NCBI GenBank assembly: GCA_013265495.1
Contig: MU058257.1
Location: 1 to 64,000 of the forward strand
Direction of reading: 5' to 3'
DNA: 64,000 nucleotides
Source of the DNA: Vicugna vicugna
Lineage: Eukaryota
Shown here one piece after another: positions 1-11,061 of the stretch (the first letter of the stretch is position 1; every line of letters begins with the position of its first letter). The notes under the pieces are model-generated. The model did not search any database. It had not been told where the DNA came from and worked only from the letters and a program-made list of their open reading frames with translations. The position numbers were made by a program, and so were the translations under genes.

Positions 1-521
1 CCTGGCGGCGCGCGGCGGCGGCGCGCACGGCGTCTACCTGCACAGCCAGAGCCAGCCCAGCTCGCAGTACCGCATCAAGGAGTATCCGCTGTACATCGAG
101 GGCAGCGCCACGCCCGTGGTCGTGCGCAGCCTGGAGAGCGACCAGGAGGGCCACTACAGCGTCAAGGCGCAGTTCAAGACCTCCAACTCGTACACGGCCG
201 GCGGCCTGTTCCGCGAGAGCTGGCGCGGCGGCGACGAGGGCGACGCGGGCCGCCTGACGCCGTCGCGCTCGCAGATCCTGCGGACTCCGTCGCTGGGCCG
301 CGAGGGCGCCCACGACAAGGGCGCCGGGCGCGCCGCCGTCTCGGACGAGCTGCGCCAGTGGTACCAGCGCTCCAGCGCCTCGCACAAGGACCACAGCCGC
401 CTGTCGCACACCAGCTCCACCTCCTCGGACAGCGGCTCCCAGTACAGCACCTCCTCCCACAGCACCTTCGTGGCGCACAGCAGGGTCACCAGGATGCCCC
501 AGATGTGCAAGGCCACGTCAG
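1..521 (+). CDS. FRMD4A: FRMD4A large internal coding exon (5'-truncated by window edge)
   Basis: Frame from base 2 reads LAARGGGAHGVYLHSQSQPSSQYRIKEYPLYIEGSATPVVVRSLESDQEGHYSVKAQFKTSNSY...RMPQMCKATS, matching my recollection of the FRMD4A C-terminal region. Donor CAG|GTGAGG at 521/522 (phase 1). Confidence 0.95.
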
Positions 522-1960
522 GTGAGGGCGGGGTGGGGGGAGGGGAGACCCGACTGGGGGAGGAGGTCAGGATGTGAGCTGGTGGGGACCTGTTTCAAGG
601 ACTTGCAGGTTTTCTTAGCGCCTGCAGTGAGGAGAGATGTTGATTCTAGAAACCTAGCTGTCAGCTGCGTGAGACCAGAGGTCTCCCTCCCCCTCCTTCC
701 CCATCCCTCCCGTCGTACCCCTGGTTTTGCCGAGCGACAAAGGTGGGAAGGGGTAGGGCAGCATATAAGCCCCCGCCCCCGTGTGGGCTGAGCCGTCTCC
801 CATTTCAGCCTCCTGAGTGGGGGCACACACCATCTCTCTAGCCGCTCTTCCTTGTAAGGACAGAGATCCAGCAAGCCACGAAGTCTGCCTCTCAGGGTTT
901 ATCCAGTCACACGAGCACCTTTCCCCCAGTGAAAAGGGAGACGGTGATAGGTTAGCGATCCGAGTGGTACCCTTGCAGAGGAAAGCGTGCTCTGGGCATG
1001 GCTTGATCTTGAAGCCCCGAGATTTGGCCAGTCTCCCCAGGTAGCGCAGACTGGCTACGAATGAGGTGGTGAGCTCCGTGTGTGACCTCCCTGGGTGACT
1101 TCATAGATAACTTGTGACTGCTCCTTTTGTTCCCATTTCACTGGTGTTACGATCTAACCGAAGTGATTTCTGTAAAGTGCTTTCGATGCTCTGTAACCCT
1201 ATTAGGAGGAGCCGCGGTTGGACTGGTCAGGAGTATTTCTGTTGTGTCAAAATTGTAGCCCTTGTCTGGTAGATTTGCTTTACCTAAAGAGATTAGGTCA
1301 ATCTTTTGAAATATTTTAGACTAAAAATTCTAAGTGGCTGTATATGAGCTTTACTGATGAAAAAGACTCCATTCCCAAGAAAGCAAAGGGATGCGTTTAA
1401 GCAGGATTTACTTCCTGCTTAATTTTCCCAACTAAGAAAGCCCTGCCCCCATCAGTAAGCTCCTGGTAGGCAGAGCTGGATGAACTTTGAAAAGCCCAGC
1501 CCTGTCTCAAGTGTCCTAACGTCGTCACTTGTAAGCCTCAAACAGCAGGGACCACAGGCTTGGAGAACCTTTCTGGAGGTTGCCTGTTCGTAACGAAGAG
1601 CACAGTTTTAACACTGGGGCCACCTGGGGAAGCGCCTGGGGGTGTAGCTCTCTGGTGTCCAGAGAAATAGGCCCTCCCTGCACTAGGCCAGCTGAGGTCC
1701 CCCACAGAGGACCATGAAGGCCATCGCCATCCCTGTGGCCACTTCCCAGTGGCAAAGCGGGGACCGAGGACCCCAGGAGGGCTTGACTCAGAATGGAGTC
1801 ACACAGCTGTGGGGAGAAAATGGAATTGGCTGCATGTGGGGAAAGGGTGAACGTTTCCCCACGGGGACCCTGTCACAGGGTCACACCCGGCATCTCTGGA
1901 AAGAAGCTCCTTCACTTGGCCGTGTCTGACCCCTGTCTTTTCTGCGCCACCTACATGCAG

Positions 1961-2057
1961 CTGCCTTACCTCAAAGCCAGAGAAGCTCAACGCCGTCAAG
2001 TGAAGTTGGAGCGACGCCCCCCAGCAGCCCCCACCACATCCTGACCTGGCAGACCGG
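1961..2057 (+). CDS. FRMD4A: FRMD4A coding exon (AALPQSQRSSTPSSEVGATPPSSPHHILTWQTG)
   Basis: Pyrimidine tract and CAG acceptor ending at 1960; donor GG|GTGAGT at 2057/2058. Continues the frame from the previous exon (phase 1 in, phase 2 out). Confidence 0.95.
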
Positions 2058-3271
2058 GTGAGTTCCCCTCTCTGACCTCTGGTCCTCCCTTCCAGGTTCT
2101 GGAACAATCCTCAGCATCCCTCGTCAGTTAGAAAGAGTAGAAATGAAAGATCCTAGGGACAGAGGGCTTATCGGCAAAAGAATGGTGTGTCTTCAGCACT
2201 GGGAAACCCCTTCCTTCCCGAAGGAGCCCCATGCATTGCTGTCACCCACCACCCCTCTCATTTCCATTGCTGCCTCTTTCTTCGGGTGAATTCTGTCTAC
2301 TTTCTTTCAAAGCTGGTGGTGGCCCCTGGAACATGGGGAAGGTGGGTCCTGGAAGTTAAACTGCACCTCTTTGGCCAGAATTCCAGACGGCATTTGATGT
2401 GGGTTCCGATGACACCAGGCTGACCTCAGAATGCCAGCCAAGGAGAGCCTTAAGCACCCCCTGTGCTGAGCCCCAGCCTGGTGTTTCACCTGCTCCACGG
2501 TGTGGCCACTGTCTTGGTGTCAGGATGCAGACTGAGAGAAAAAAGCAGGAGGCTCAGATCCCCTCTCTGTCCCAGCCAACCCCTTGTTCATAACCAATAA
2601 ACAAAGGGGATCAGGCACTCTGAGACCTTAGGAAGTGGCCCACAGTCCATGAAACCAAAACTCAGCTCCTTTTTTAGCTTTAAATGTAGGCATAGGACAC
2701 TAGACGGGGACACGTAGAATGTTCTGGTCCATGGCAGAGTCTAGCAGATAACACGTCCCCTGCCTCCTGCTCCCCTCACCATCCCTGCCTCTTGCTGCTC
2801 CTAGCATGTAGCCGCTGAGACGCTGTTACATTCTGTCAATACCGCCTGCCTAAGGGGGTTAGAGGTCCCTTCATCCGGCTTATTCAGCGTCTGCCGGAGC
2901 CTCGGTGGGGATGTCTGGGAAAAGGTGCCGGCTGTCTGTGAGTGAAACCGGGGGAAGAACTGGGCCAAAGGGCTCACTGACCGCATTCCAGGCTCCGTGC
3001 TTGGCCGGCATTTTTTGTTCATGCAGATTTGTCTCTAGTGATGTTAAACCAGGCTTTTATTCAGCCTGGGTAGGTGCTAACAGGTACTGAGAGCTTGCTG
3101 TGTACTCAGAGGCAGGGCGTCCCTTCTAACACACATGAGCTCAGGGAAGTACCCGGATTCCTCAGCTCTGTACACGCGGCTTGGAGGGGATCTGTGCCTC
3201 GCCAGTGTCGCTCAGCTGGAATTTCAGCCCTGCGCTCTGTGGCCTCAGAGCCCTGTCTTTTCCCCCTAAGC

Positions 3272-3425
3272 CAGTGGTTCTTAAAATGCGGTCCCCAGGC
3301 TAGGAACATAAGCCTGGGGTCTTGCATGTTGCAGGCCCACCCATGACCTCCGGCACCAGAAACTCTGGGGTGGGGCCCAGCGGCCTGTGTGCTAACAAGG
3401 CCTCTGGGGGTTCTGATCACGGAAG
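3272..3425. mobile_element. MER5A-like hAT DNA transposon fossil
   Basis: CAGTGGTTCTTAAA start and internal GAAACTCTGGGGGTGGGGCCCAGC...AACAAG, typical of MER5A. Confidence 0.65.
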
Positions 3426-3961
3426 CATCCCTGTTGCCTCTTACTCCTCTTGAGTTAAGAGACCCTGTGGTCCCAACTACCAGTGTTCTTGTGGCCACTC
3501 TGACTGCTCTGTCTTTTGAGCAGCGGATACCCCCTGCCGTTATTAATACACGTCCCTAAAACACTCCCTTAACGTACCATCCAGACCCCAGCTCTCGCTC
3601 TTGTGGCCAGGCAGCCTCTGCAAGTCTTAGGGCCCAAGAATTTCTAGAAGATAGATTCATAAAAGATTGACAGCACTTCTGTCTCTGTGGTACCTCCGGT
3701 GGCAAACCCATCTCACCCCGAATAAGGAGCCTCAGATTTCAGGCTGTCGCTCTGGTTTTTTGGTTCACACCCAGTCTTACGTGAGCCAAATGTATGATCG
3801 TTACTTAAGTGACAGCAGGCTTTGGAACTTACGGGTACCCCCCACTTGCCTTTACACTGGAGTGGGTCTCAGAACGTGCCTGTGTTTCATCCCACACAGC
3901 CAGTGAGGACTCAAGACAAATTTGAAAAAAAAAGAAATTTTGGTCTTTAACCTCTTTTGTA

Positions 3962-4090
3962 GGGGGGAGGGTATAGCTCAGCGGTAAAGCGTGTGCTTAG
4001 TGTGCATAAGGTCCTGGGTTCAATCCACGGTACCTCCATTTAAAAAAAATAAATAAATAACCTAATTACCTCCCCCCCAAAATTACTAAA
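3962..4090 (+). mobile_element. tRNA-derived SINE (camelid Vic-1-like)
   Basis: GGGGAGGGTATAGCTCAGCGGTA (A box), GGTTCAATCC (B box), AT-rich tail with CCTAATTACCTCCCC; imperfect TSD tttaa(c/a)ctctttt. Confidence 0.85.
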
Positions 4091-4394
4091 TTTAAACTCT
4101 TTTTATCAGACTGACTTGAACTATCATTAACAAACAATGACTAGTCTCTGTGAAAAGAAAATGAGAAATGGGTCAAACGTGCTGAAGCCTGCCGGCCTTC
4201 CTAACAGAACTAAAGCGGTGTCTGATTCACGCATGGGGGCTGAAAGTGCCACAAGACTTGTGTTATTTGTCACTCACTTTTGGGTGTGTGGCCAGCTGGG
4301 CTTTCCGATGTGTTGATACACTGCTCGTTGCGTCTGTGTCAGTCCCTCTAACATGACCTCTCTTCTCTTCCTCCTCCCGCCTGCCTCTGTTCAG

Positions 4395-4464
4395 AGAAGC
4401 AACAGAAGACTCGCCCATCATGGATGGGTCTGAGTCTCCAGCTCACCAAAGTACTGATGAATAG
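4395..4464 (+). CDS. FRMD4A: FRMD4A stop-containing exon ((G)EATEDSPIMDGSESPAHQSTDE*); exon runs to 4466
   Basis: Long pyrimidine tract and TTCAG acceptor ending at 4394; TAG at 4462-4464; donor AG|GTATCG at 4466/4467. Matches the recalled canonical FRMD4A C-terminus ...HQSTDE. Confidence 0.93.
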
Positions 4465-4934
4465 AGGTATCGTAAGGGAACGCTTTGTTCTCGCAGCCCT
4501 TCCCCTCACTGCTTGTGGGTCTGTGATCGCAGCTGTGCTGCAGATGTCTTGCCTGTGCCCAGATCATAATTTCCAGTAGGAAACATCTGGGGGGTGGGGA
4601 AGCCGTTGCTTCCGTGTCTTATTTCTAGATACACGTGGAACTTGATGTTTCCATGTATGTTTTACATCAGATGTTGGATATTGCCACTGCTGCTTCCCAG
4701 AAAAGCCCTCCGAGTCTGCCTGAGGCCTTCCCAGGCTCCGTGTGCACACAGACACCTGTACCAGTGTTTACTGGCTTAGTTACCAGTGTTTATTGAAAGG
4801 AACAGCATCATGCAGTTGACGTCTCAAAACGCTCAGGGCAGACTGAGTTGGTCCAGAAGCACCTGAAGGTCAGCCATGATTTCATCCCAGTGTCCCTGAG
4901 TGACAGCTGTACACTCCACCACGTGCTGCAGGAC

Positions 4935-5250
4935 CCTGCTTTCCAAAATGTGGTCCAGACAGTTATCAGCCTCCTCATCACCTGGGGGCTTGTTAGACAG
5001 CAGACTCCTGGACCTACTGAATTCGAATCTGCATTTTGGGGGAAGGGTATAGCTCAAGTGGTAGAGCGCACGCTCAGCACTCAAGAGGTCCCGGGTTCAA
5101 TCCCCAGTACCTCCTCCAAGCGGAGATCAGTGAAGAAGCCTCATTACCTCCCCCTCAGCAAACAAACAATACAAGCAAAACGAACCTGCATTTTAACAAG
5201 CTCCCGGGGTAAATCAAACGCATGCTGGAATCTGCAAAGCCCTACTACAG
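4935..5250. mobile_element. MER5A-like fossil split by a SINE
   Basis: ATCACCTGGGGGCTTGTTAGA...GACCTACTGAAT..GAATCTGCATTTT|AACAAGCTCCC continues across the SINE. Confidence 0.6.
5038..5181 (+). mobile_element. tRNA-derived SINE (Vic-1-like) inserted in MER5A
   Basis: A and B boxes; TSD gaa(t/c)ctgcatttt at 5025-5037 and 5182-5194. Confidence 0.85.
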
Positions 5251-5498
5251 TGGGCACAAAACCAGGAACACCTGGTCTGGTTCCTGTCCCCAGGGGCCAC
5301 GGTCTAGCTGGGAGACAAGGCATTGAAACTAATAGCATTTCAAGAGGAAACTAAAAAGATCAGGATACCATTCAGAAATGGATTTAAAAAAAAAAGAGCT
5401 ATACGTCTGTTCAGTCAAAAATGGCACCTTGACTCTATTCCAGGAGCCAAGCTAGAGACCAGCGATCTAAGAGTTCAAGTTCAAATTAACAGTTTGAA

Positions 5499-5643
5499 GG
5501 GGAAGAGTATATAGCTGAAGTGGTAGAGCGCATGCTCCGCACCCAAGAGGTCAGGGGTTCAATCCCCAGTGCCTCCTCCAAGCGGAAATCAGTGAAGAAG
5601 CCTCATTACCTCCCCCTCAGCAAACAAACAGTACAAGTCAAAG
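5499..5643 (+). mobile_element. tRNA-derived SINE (Vic-1-like)
   Basis: A and B boxes; TSD taacagtttg(a/c)ag at 5487-5499 and 5644-5656. Confidence 0.85.
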
Positions 5644-6038
5644 TAACAGTTTGCAGATCTATCCAGAAACACACACAAAGGGAGTAAGAAATTGCAGCCT
5701 TCCTGTAGTAAGTGCTCTGAGACTGGAAACAAAGTGCTAAAAGGTTCCATAGGGGGAGAGGTCCTTCTGGCTGTGGTGGGAGGAGGGGGCCGGACAGGTG
5801 GAGGCCGCGGGAGGCCACTCCCAGGGCAGAAACACAGACGCAGAAACAAGCAGGGCTGCTTGGGGGACAACAGGCTCGTTTCGCTGTAGAGAAAGAGCCA
5901 GACTTCAGCCTGCCAAGCAGGGTAGGACGAGGTCCTGAACCAAAGGACGGAGATGTGGGAAAGCTTTTACTGCGAGTGCCCTGAGCTGGCAGATGGGGGG
6001 TTAGGAAAACAGGGGCTTAGCCTTTGAGAGAAAGATGG

Positions 6039-6407
6039 TGTTAAAACAAAATTCAACTGAGTAAATCGGAAAGATCTTCCTGAATCAGGCAGCAGCCACC
6101 TTAGCAGGCAGGCAGGTGCTCTGAGGAGCTGTACAGAGTGGGAGGCTCTTGTAGACAGAAGGGAGCAGGGACAGGAAGTCACGCCAGGCGGCAAAGCAGG
6201 CTGGTTGTGGCAAAGTCACTTCCCTTTAGGGGACAGCAGGGGTCTCCCCGGCAGAGGCGCTCACTGGTGCTGACCAGGCCACTCCTGACTGACGGCTTTC
6301 AGGTGCCACTTCTGGGATAGGTGACACTGTACAGTCAACTCTCGGTTTGGTGACATGGAGCTTAGCCTAAGCGACTCCACTGGGGACCTGCTGTCCTGTT
6401 TCTAACA
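6039..6407 (-). repeat. 3' LTR of the provirus; PPT at 6408-6420
   Basis: On the - strand AAAGAGGAGAAAC is followed by TGTTAGAAAC...TTTTAACA. Its end (tgttaaaacaaaattcaactgagtaaat on +) recurs at 11550 (tgttaaaacagattcaacggagtcaagt). Confidence 0.8.
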
Positions 6408-6559
6408 GTTTCTCCTCTTTGCCTCGGAGAGGCGATCGCAGTGAGAAGTTAGCACTCCCCCAGCTCTGGCTCTGGCGTCCTAACTCCAGGGCCCCTGCGT
6501 GGTCTTCACAGCTCATGGTGCTGGGTTCACAGTCTTTCAGTCAGTTATTCTTTTTGTTC

Positions 6560-7110
6560 CTTTTCTGGCGTCCTGTTCTGAGGGAGAGCGTTTGCTTGGT
6601 GGCCAGTGGCTGCAAAGTTGCATTCAAAGCTTCTGAGAGCATAGAGCACACTGCGGCGACGACTGTGGTTCTTCCAAGCAGAGTCATTCCCAGTGTCTGG
6701 AGTAACCTCCGAGCCGTGCTTCCCCCAAGCCCAGACTAATCAGAAGTCAGTCAAAGAAAGATCCTGTTGAAGGAGCCACTTCCGTAAGCCGATTGGCTTG
6801 TCCAGTCATCCTTGTCGCTGAGTCTCGGCGTCCCCAGAAGTGTCAGGTGGTGTTGGTCACAGCGCAGACGCTCCTCGCTCAGCTAAAGGATAATCAGGGC
6901 TTTCTTATCGTCAAGAATGACTTTGGCCCGAGAGTCCAGGGCTTTGTATTGGGCAGCGATGGCTTTACCAGTAGATTCGGCTGTATCTTCAAGAGGTAAG
7001 GACAGTGCTAATCCGAGCCTTGTTTGCACCCCTCCTGGCCAGGGGAGTGGGGAGCTGCCCAGGGAAGCAAATGTTGAACCATGAATGCTTCCTGGTAATT
7101 TGTGTTTCTG
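6560..7110 (-). pseudogene. env transmembrane-subunit remnant (frameshifted)
   Basis: LSLPLEDTAESTGKAIAAQYKALDSRAKVILDDKKAL / VCAVTNTT / RRLLQTLGMTLLGRTTVVAAVCSMLSEALNATLQPL correspond to the heptad repeat, a degenerate immunosuppressive domain, the CX6CC region and the membrane anchor. Confidence 0.8.
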
Positions 7111-7639
7111 CGGCTCGAGACTCAAAAGGTGACAGCTGTGGAGGCCAGGACAGTTCAAGGGTCCCTGGACAGCACAGGTGGTTTTATTCTGCTTCTCCTT
7201 GGCTTGTGTCCCTGCGAGGTTCCCGGGGTGTCACCAAGAGACAAGGAAACAAACCCCAGGTTAGGAAGTTGGACACGGTAGAAAGGGGGCTGGCTGAGGC
7301 CCTGGAAGTGAGGGAGAAGTCTGTGCTGGGCAGAGCCGTAGCATCACCGGGCATGGTGATAAATCAGTTGTTCATAGGCCGGATTTCCGCCCGGCTTTGC
7401 AGGGGCCTGAGACTTGTGAACAACGGTGCTATCTTTCCAGGCCAAAGCAAAGTGGAAAGACAGACGAAAGAACCGTAAAGGCCCTCACCACAGTGTAAGA
7501 ATTAGGAAAAGGATGGTCAGAGAGGGAGGAGGAATAGCTGGAAATGTTCCTGATCGGACATCTTGGCAGGACGCAGTCTGCCACTGTGCGGGCTGCTTCT
7601 CTTCCCAGCCCGTTGGGTTTGAGGTCCCAGCTTTCACAC

Positions 7640-7760
7640 AGGACCAGAAGCCAGGTGGAACCTTCATCAGTTCTGAAGTATGTACCCAAGGTTCAACACC
7701 GTGTAATCTGGCAGCAGTATTGGTGGTCAAGAGTTCTTGGGAGTTTCTTTTCCATGAATC
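7640..7760 (-). pseudogene. pol integrase C-terminal remnant
   Basis: LTTNTAARLHGVEPWVHTSELMKVPP resembles the gammaretroviral-type IN tail VLLTTxTAxKLxGxxxWxHxSxLKxAP. Confidence 0.75.
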
Positions 7761-9353
7761 TCACTTTTGCAAAAGCATCAGAGTGAAATAAGAAGTTGTA
7801 CAGGCCTGGTCCGGTGTCGTGGGGTAGCTGTCCACATCCAGTGTCGTCTGCTTCTGGCGCTGGGGGATCCTGAGTGTGAGCTCACTGGTGGCTTTGCTGG
7901 CGCATTCAGGTCCTGTGACTCCTTTCAGTTGGGACAGCTGTCTTGGAGTTTAGCTGTGCAGGACCTAGTGAGCAGTCCCAGACGAGATCCTTTCCCAGGA
8001 GGGAGGCAGGAGGCCTTCAGTGGGTGTCTCTTCCGGCGGCCGTGTTCCCCGGGAAGTAGGTGGTGAGCGGTCAGCTGCCAGGTTCTAATCCTGTTCTGCA
8101 TAAGCTTCTTTAACCTGTAGGAGGAAGAGAGAGTAGGTGACCAGCAACTTTGTGATAGGTCCTGTGGGGCAGCTGGAGGTTCAGAGCACAGAGAACGCAC
8201 GGTTCTGCCACACACTAGTTCAGAGGGAGTGAGCTTATGTCCTGCGCAAGGTAAGGACCTTTGATTCAAAAGGGCCAGCGACAGCACCTTGGTCAAGGGA
8301 AGTTTCAGAGCTTCAGAAAATTTTCCTAATTGGGTTTAATGATACCACTAGTCTTTTCCACTAGTCCTGAAGGCTGAGGATGATCCCGCCTTCACAGCCT
8401 AAGAAGGACTCTGCAGAGTGCCTGGACTTCCTGGACAGTTAAATGAGTTCCTAGTTTGCTATGCAAAAATGATGGGGCTGCCCCATTTAGGAGCGATGCT
8501 TTGGAGTAATTTTTTTGCTACAAAAGAGGCAGCTGCTTATCAACAGGGAAAAGCTTCTACTCAGGGAGAAACATACAGATCATGACCAATATGGATTTGG
8601 TCTCCTATTCTTAACAACTGTGTTTAGATTAGTCATGAAATTTTCTCACGATATTAAACAGCTAGCCAACATCTTAAGTTACCTTCCTTGCTGACAAATT
8701 TTGTAACACAGAGAACATGACCGTATTTGACTAGTAAATCCAGGTACAACAGAAGTTGTACGTCTGCATTATACTGAACACACCTCCTTTAATTAGTAAG
8801 TAAAAGCTAAAGTTTGTTGGTTTAAAGATTTATCCTAGATCACGTGAACATGAAAAACATTTGGGTAAAGCTTCTGTATTTCTGAGTTTTAGAATTCTTA
8901 ATTTTTATTTTTCTTTAAGCCAATTAAATGCGGTCTTTTACAAATTAATTTTGGCAGTACTATTCAGAGGTAGAAAAATACTACAAAGTTCCAACATACA
9001 CGCGTAGACACAGACAGCTGCAGAGATCATAAAGCTTCTGTTTTAAAATTTTAGCCCTGAGACAGGTACAAGAATGTAAGACTTACTAGTTTAGAAAGAA
9101 CAGTTTTATCCAAATCCTGTTTCTGGAAGTTGGAGTAAGTGAAGGTTACCTGCTCAGATGGCTAAAGCTTTTCATTAGTATTTGTGGAGAGGACACTTAA
9201 GACTTTCTTATTCACTTACACTCCACATAGCCTTCCCTGTCTTTTTGTCCTTCTGGTAAAAACTATCGCCCTGAAGCTTGCATTTCAAAGAGCTGGCCTA
9301 CGTGAGAGTCCCCGGAGGAGTGTGCAGCTAGAACACTCACATCTCAAAGGCGC

Positions 9354-9476
9354 GGGGAGGGGTGGCGCATACCTGGCATGCACGAGGTCCTGGGTTCAAT
9401 TCCCAGCACCTCCGTCAAAATGAACAAACCTAATTACCTCCCCTCCAAAAACTGAAACAAAAAACAAGCGAACAAA
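9354..9476 (+). mobile_element. tRNA-derived SINE (A box deleted) inserted in the ERV
   Basis: B box GGTTCAATTCC, CCTAATTACCTCCCC tail; TSD caaaggc(g/a)c. Confidence 0.8.
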
Positions 9477-10789
9477 CAAAGGCACAGGGAAAGAATGCAG
9501 GTTCCTCCAAGAAGGACTGATCTTCCCTAAGTCCAGACCTTTTACAATGTTTTGAGGTGAATGGGGGATGTTGGGGCTTGATGAAAAGCATAAGTGGCCT
9601 TCTAGAGCTGCATTTCTGCTCTTGCAAAGATGAGATTTATAAGACAAGGACAGCAGGGGATTTGGGCTGCAACGTGAATGACATCAGAGGCTGTCCCACC
9701 CATCCAGCTGCATTCTCTTTAGATCAGGGAGCTCTTCAGCTAAGATGGAAATCAAAAGATTCCTGTGCTCTAGATTTAGAGCTTTGTCTTTGGAATGTTT
9801 TTCTTTCCCTCTGGGTACATAGTTTCATTTTGACTTAGGGCATAAAACCTTTAAAGAGTTCCTAACAGACTCTGAGTATCAGCTTACAGTTTGGCCAACT
9901 TCTGAATATCGAGCTACTTAAAACAGTCCTTTCAAATATCCTGCCAGGGGCATACACAGTAAATATTCCTGGCAGTATTGAAAGACCCCCATAGACGCAT
10001 TCCCAAAGAGGGTGCAAAAGGACACCACCCTCCCAAGGTCCAGAGTCACTCCCAAAGATAACGAAAAGCAGTTATTAAGACTTAGTTCTGCGGGCTGGCG
10101 CTCATCACTGGGACCTCAGCTGCAACTGAGTGCAACTTACATTTCCGTTCCATCTGCCCAGCCTGACAGTGGCCAAGCCAAGTTCTCGGGACACAAAACT
10201 GGACAAACAAGAAGGTAACAGCTGTCCCTGGGAGAGAAAAGATCACCTGGTGGGTCTGGATTGGGAAAGGAAGGGATAAGAAAGTTTACCTTTCTGTGTC
10301 CAGTGGGCACTGCAGACAGAGATGCAGGAACGCTGAGCCTGGTGGGAGTCCTCACCCCGCGCCACCGTCTGCCGGCGTGACCGGGATCCCCCTGCCGGCA
10401 CTGGAGCCAGTGGGGTTTAGAGAGTGCAGCTCCGGTACCCGCCAGAATTGGAGGAGGTTTTCCATTAATTTTAGTATTAGTTTGCCCTTGGCTGTTTAAG
10501 GGAATAAGTGGTAGTAGTTACAGGAGGATCCCTTGGGGTCCCATCAACCCCAGGGGAGCCCATTCAAGGACAGATATGGGGGTGTCTGTAAGGCTACTAA
10601 CTTGACGGGCTTTTGTTTACAGTCACGCAGTCTCTTCAGAGCGGAGAAACAGTGTGGATGAAGGGTTAGTAGAATGAGTAGGGGGGGCGAAGGAATTAGC
10701 CTCTGTAACGTCTTAGTCTTTTAGGTGTCTCCTGTATTTTTAATTTTTTTTATTAGCCTTTTGCAATGAATCTTTCAGTGAAGGTATTG

Positions 10790-11061
10790 GGAATTTTGAA
10801 ACGTTTTAGAGGCTCCCGCATACCCATTAAAATAGATGTCCTATTCCACTTGATTTGGGAGCCCTTCCTTTCCAGTGCACTTCCTAAATGAACAATCTTT
10901 TCTCCCTGGAACATTCTTCATAGTGACCACCATCATTCTAGCTCGTCTTGGGTAAGCTGGTCCATGTGCATGCAGAGAGAGATCACAATTTTTTTGAAAA
11001 ACTGTTGGGGGTTCCTAAGATGGGGGGGCACCTTGAAGCAGTTAGATGACTGGGGTCCCAT
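10790..11061 (-). pseudogene. gag matrix remnant
   Basis: MGPQSSNCFKVPPILGTP starts at 11061 (MGxxxS myristoylation pattern), followed by LTQDELE*WWSL*RMFQGEKIVHLGSALERKG; located downstream of the PBS. Confidence 0.6.

Noticed and set aside
154..516. 120-aa antisense ORF over the FRMD4A exon
   Set aside because: Expected shadow ORF in GC3-rich coding sequence; no independent support.
3962..4040. tRNA-like sequences (also 5038, 5499, 41579, 41790)
   Set aside because: They have A and B boxes but no full cloverleaf, and carry AT-rich tails and TSDs, so they are SINEs rather than tRNA genes.
4759..4795. Short direct repeat TACCAGTGTTTA x2
   Set aside because: Two copies only; a local slippage duplication, not an array or CRISPR.
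6560..7500. Domesticated env (syncytin-like) gene
   Set aside because: Multiple frameshifts and stops, with degenerate furin site, immunosuppressive domain and cysteine motif.
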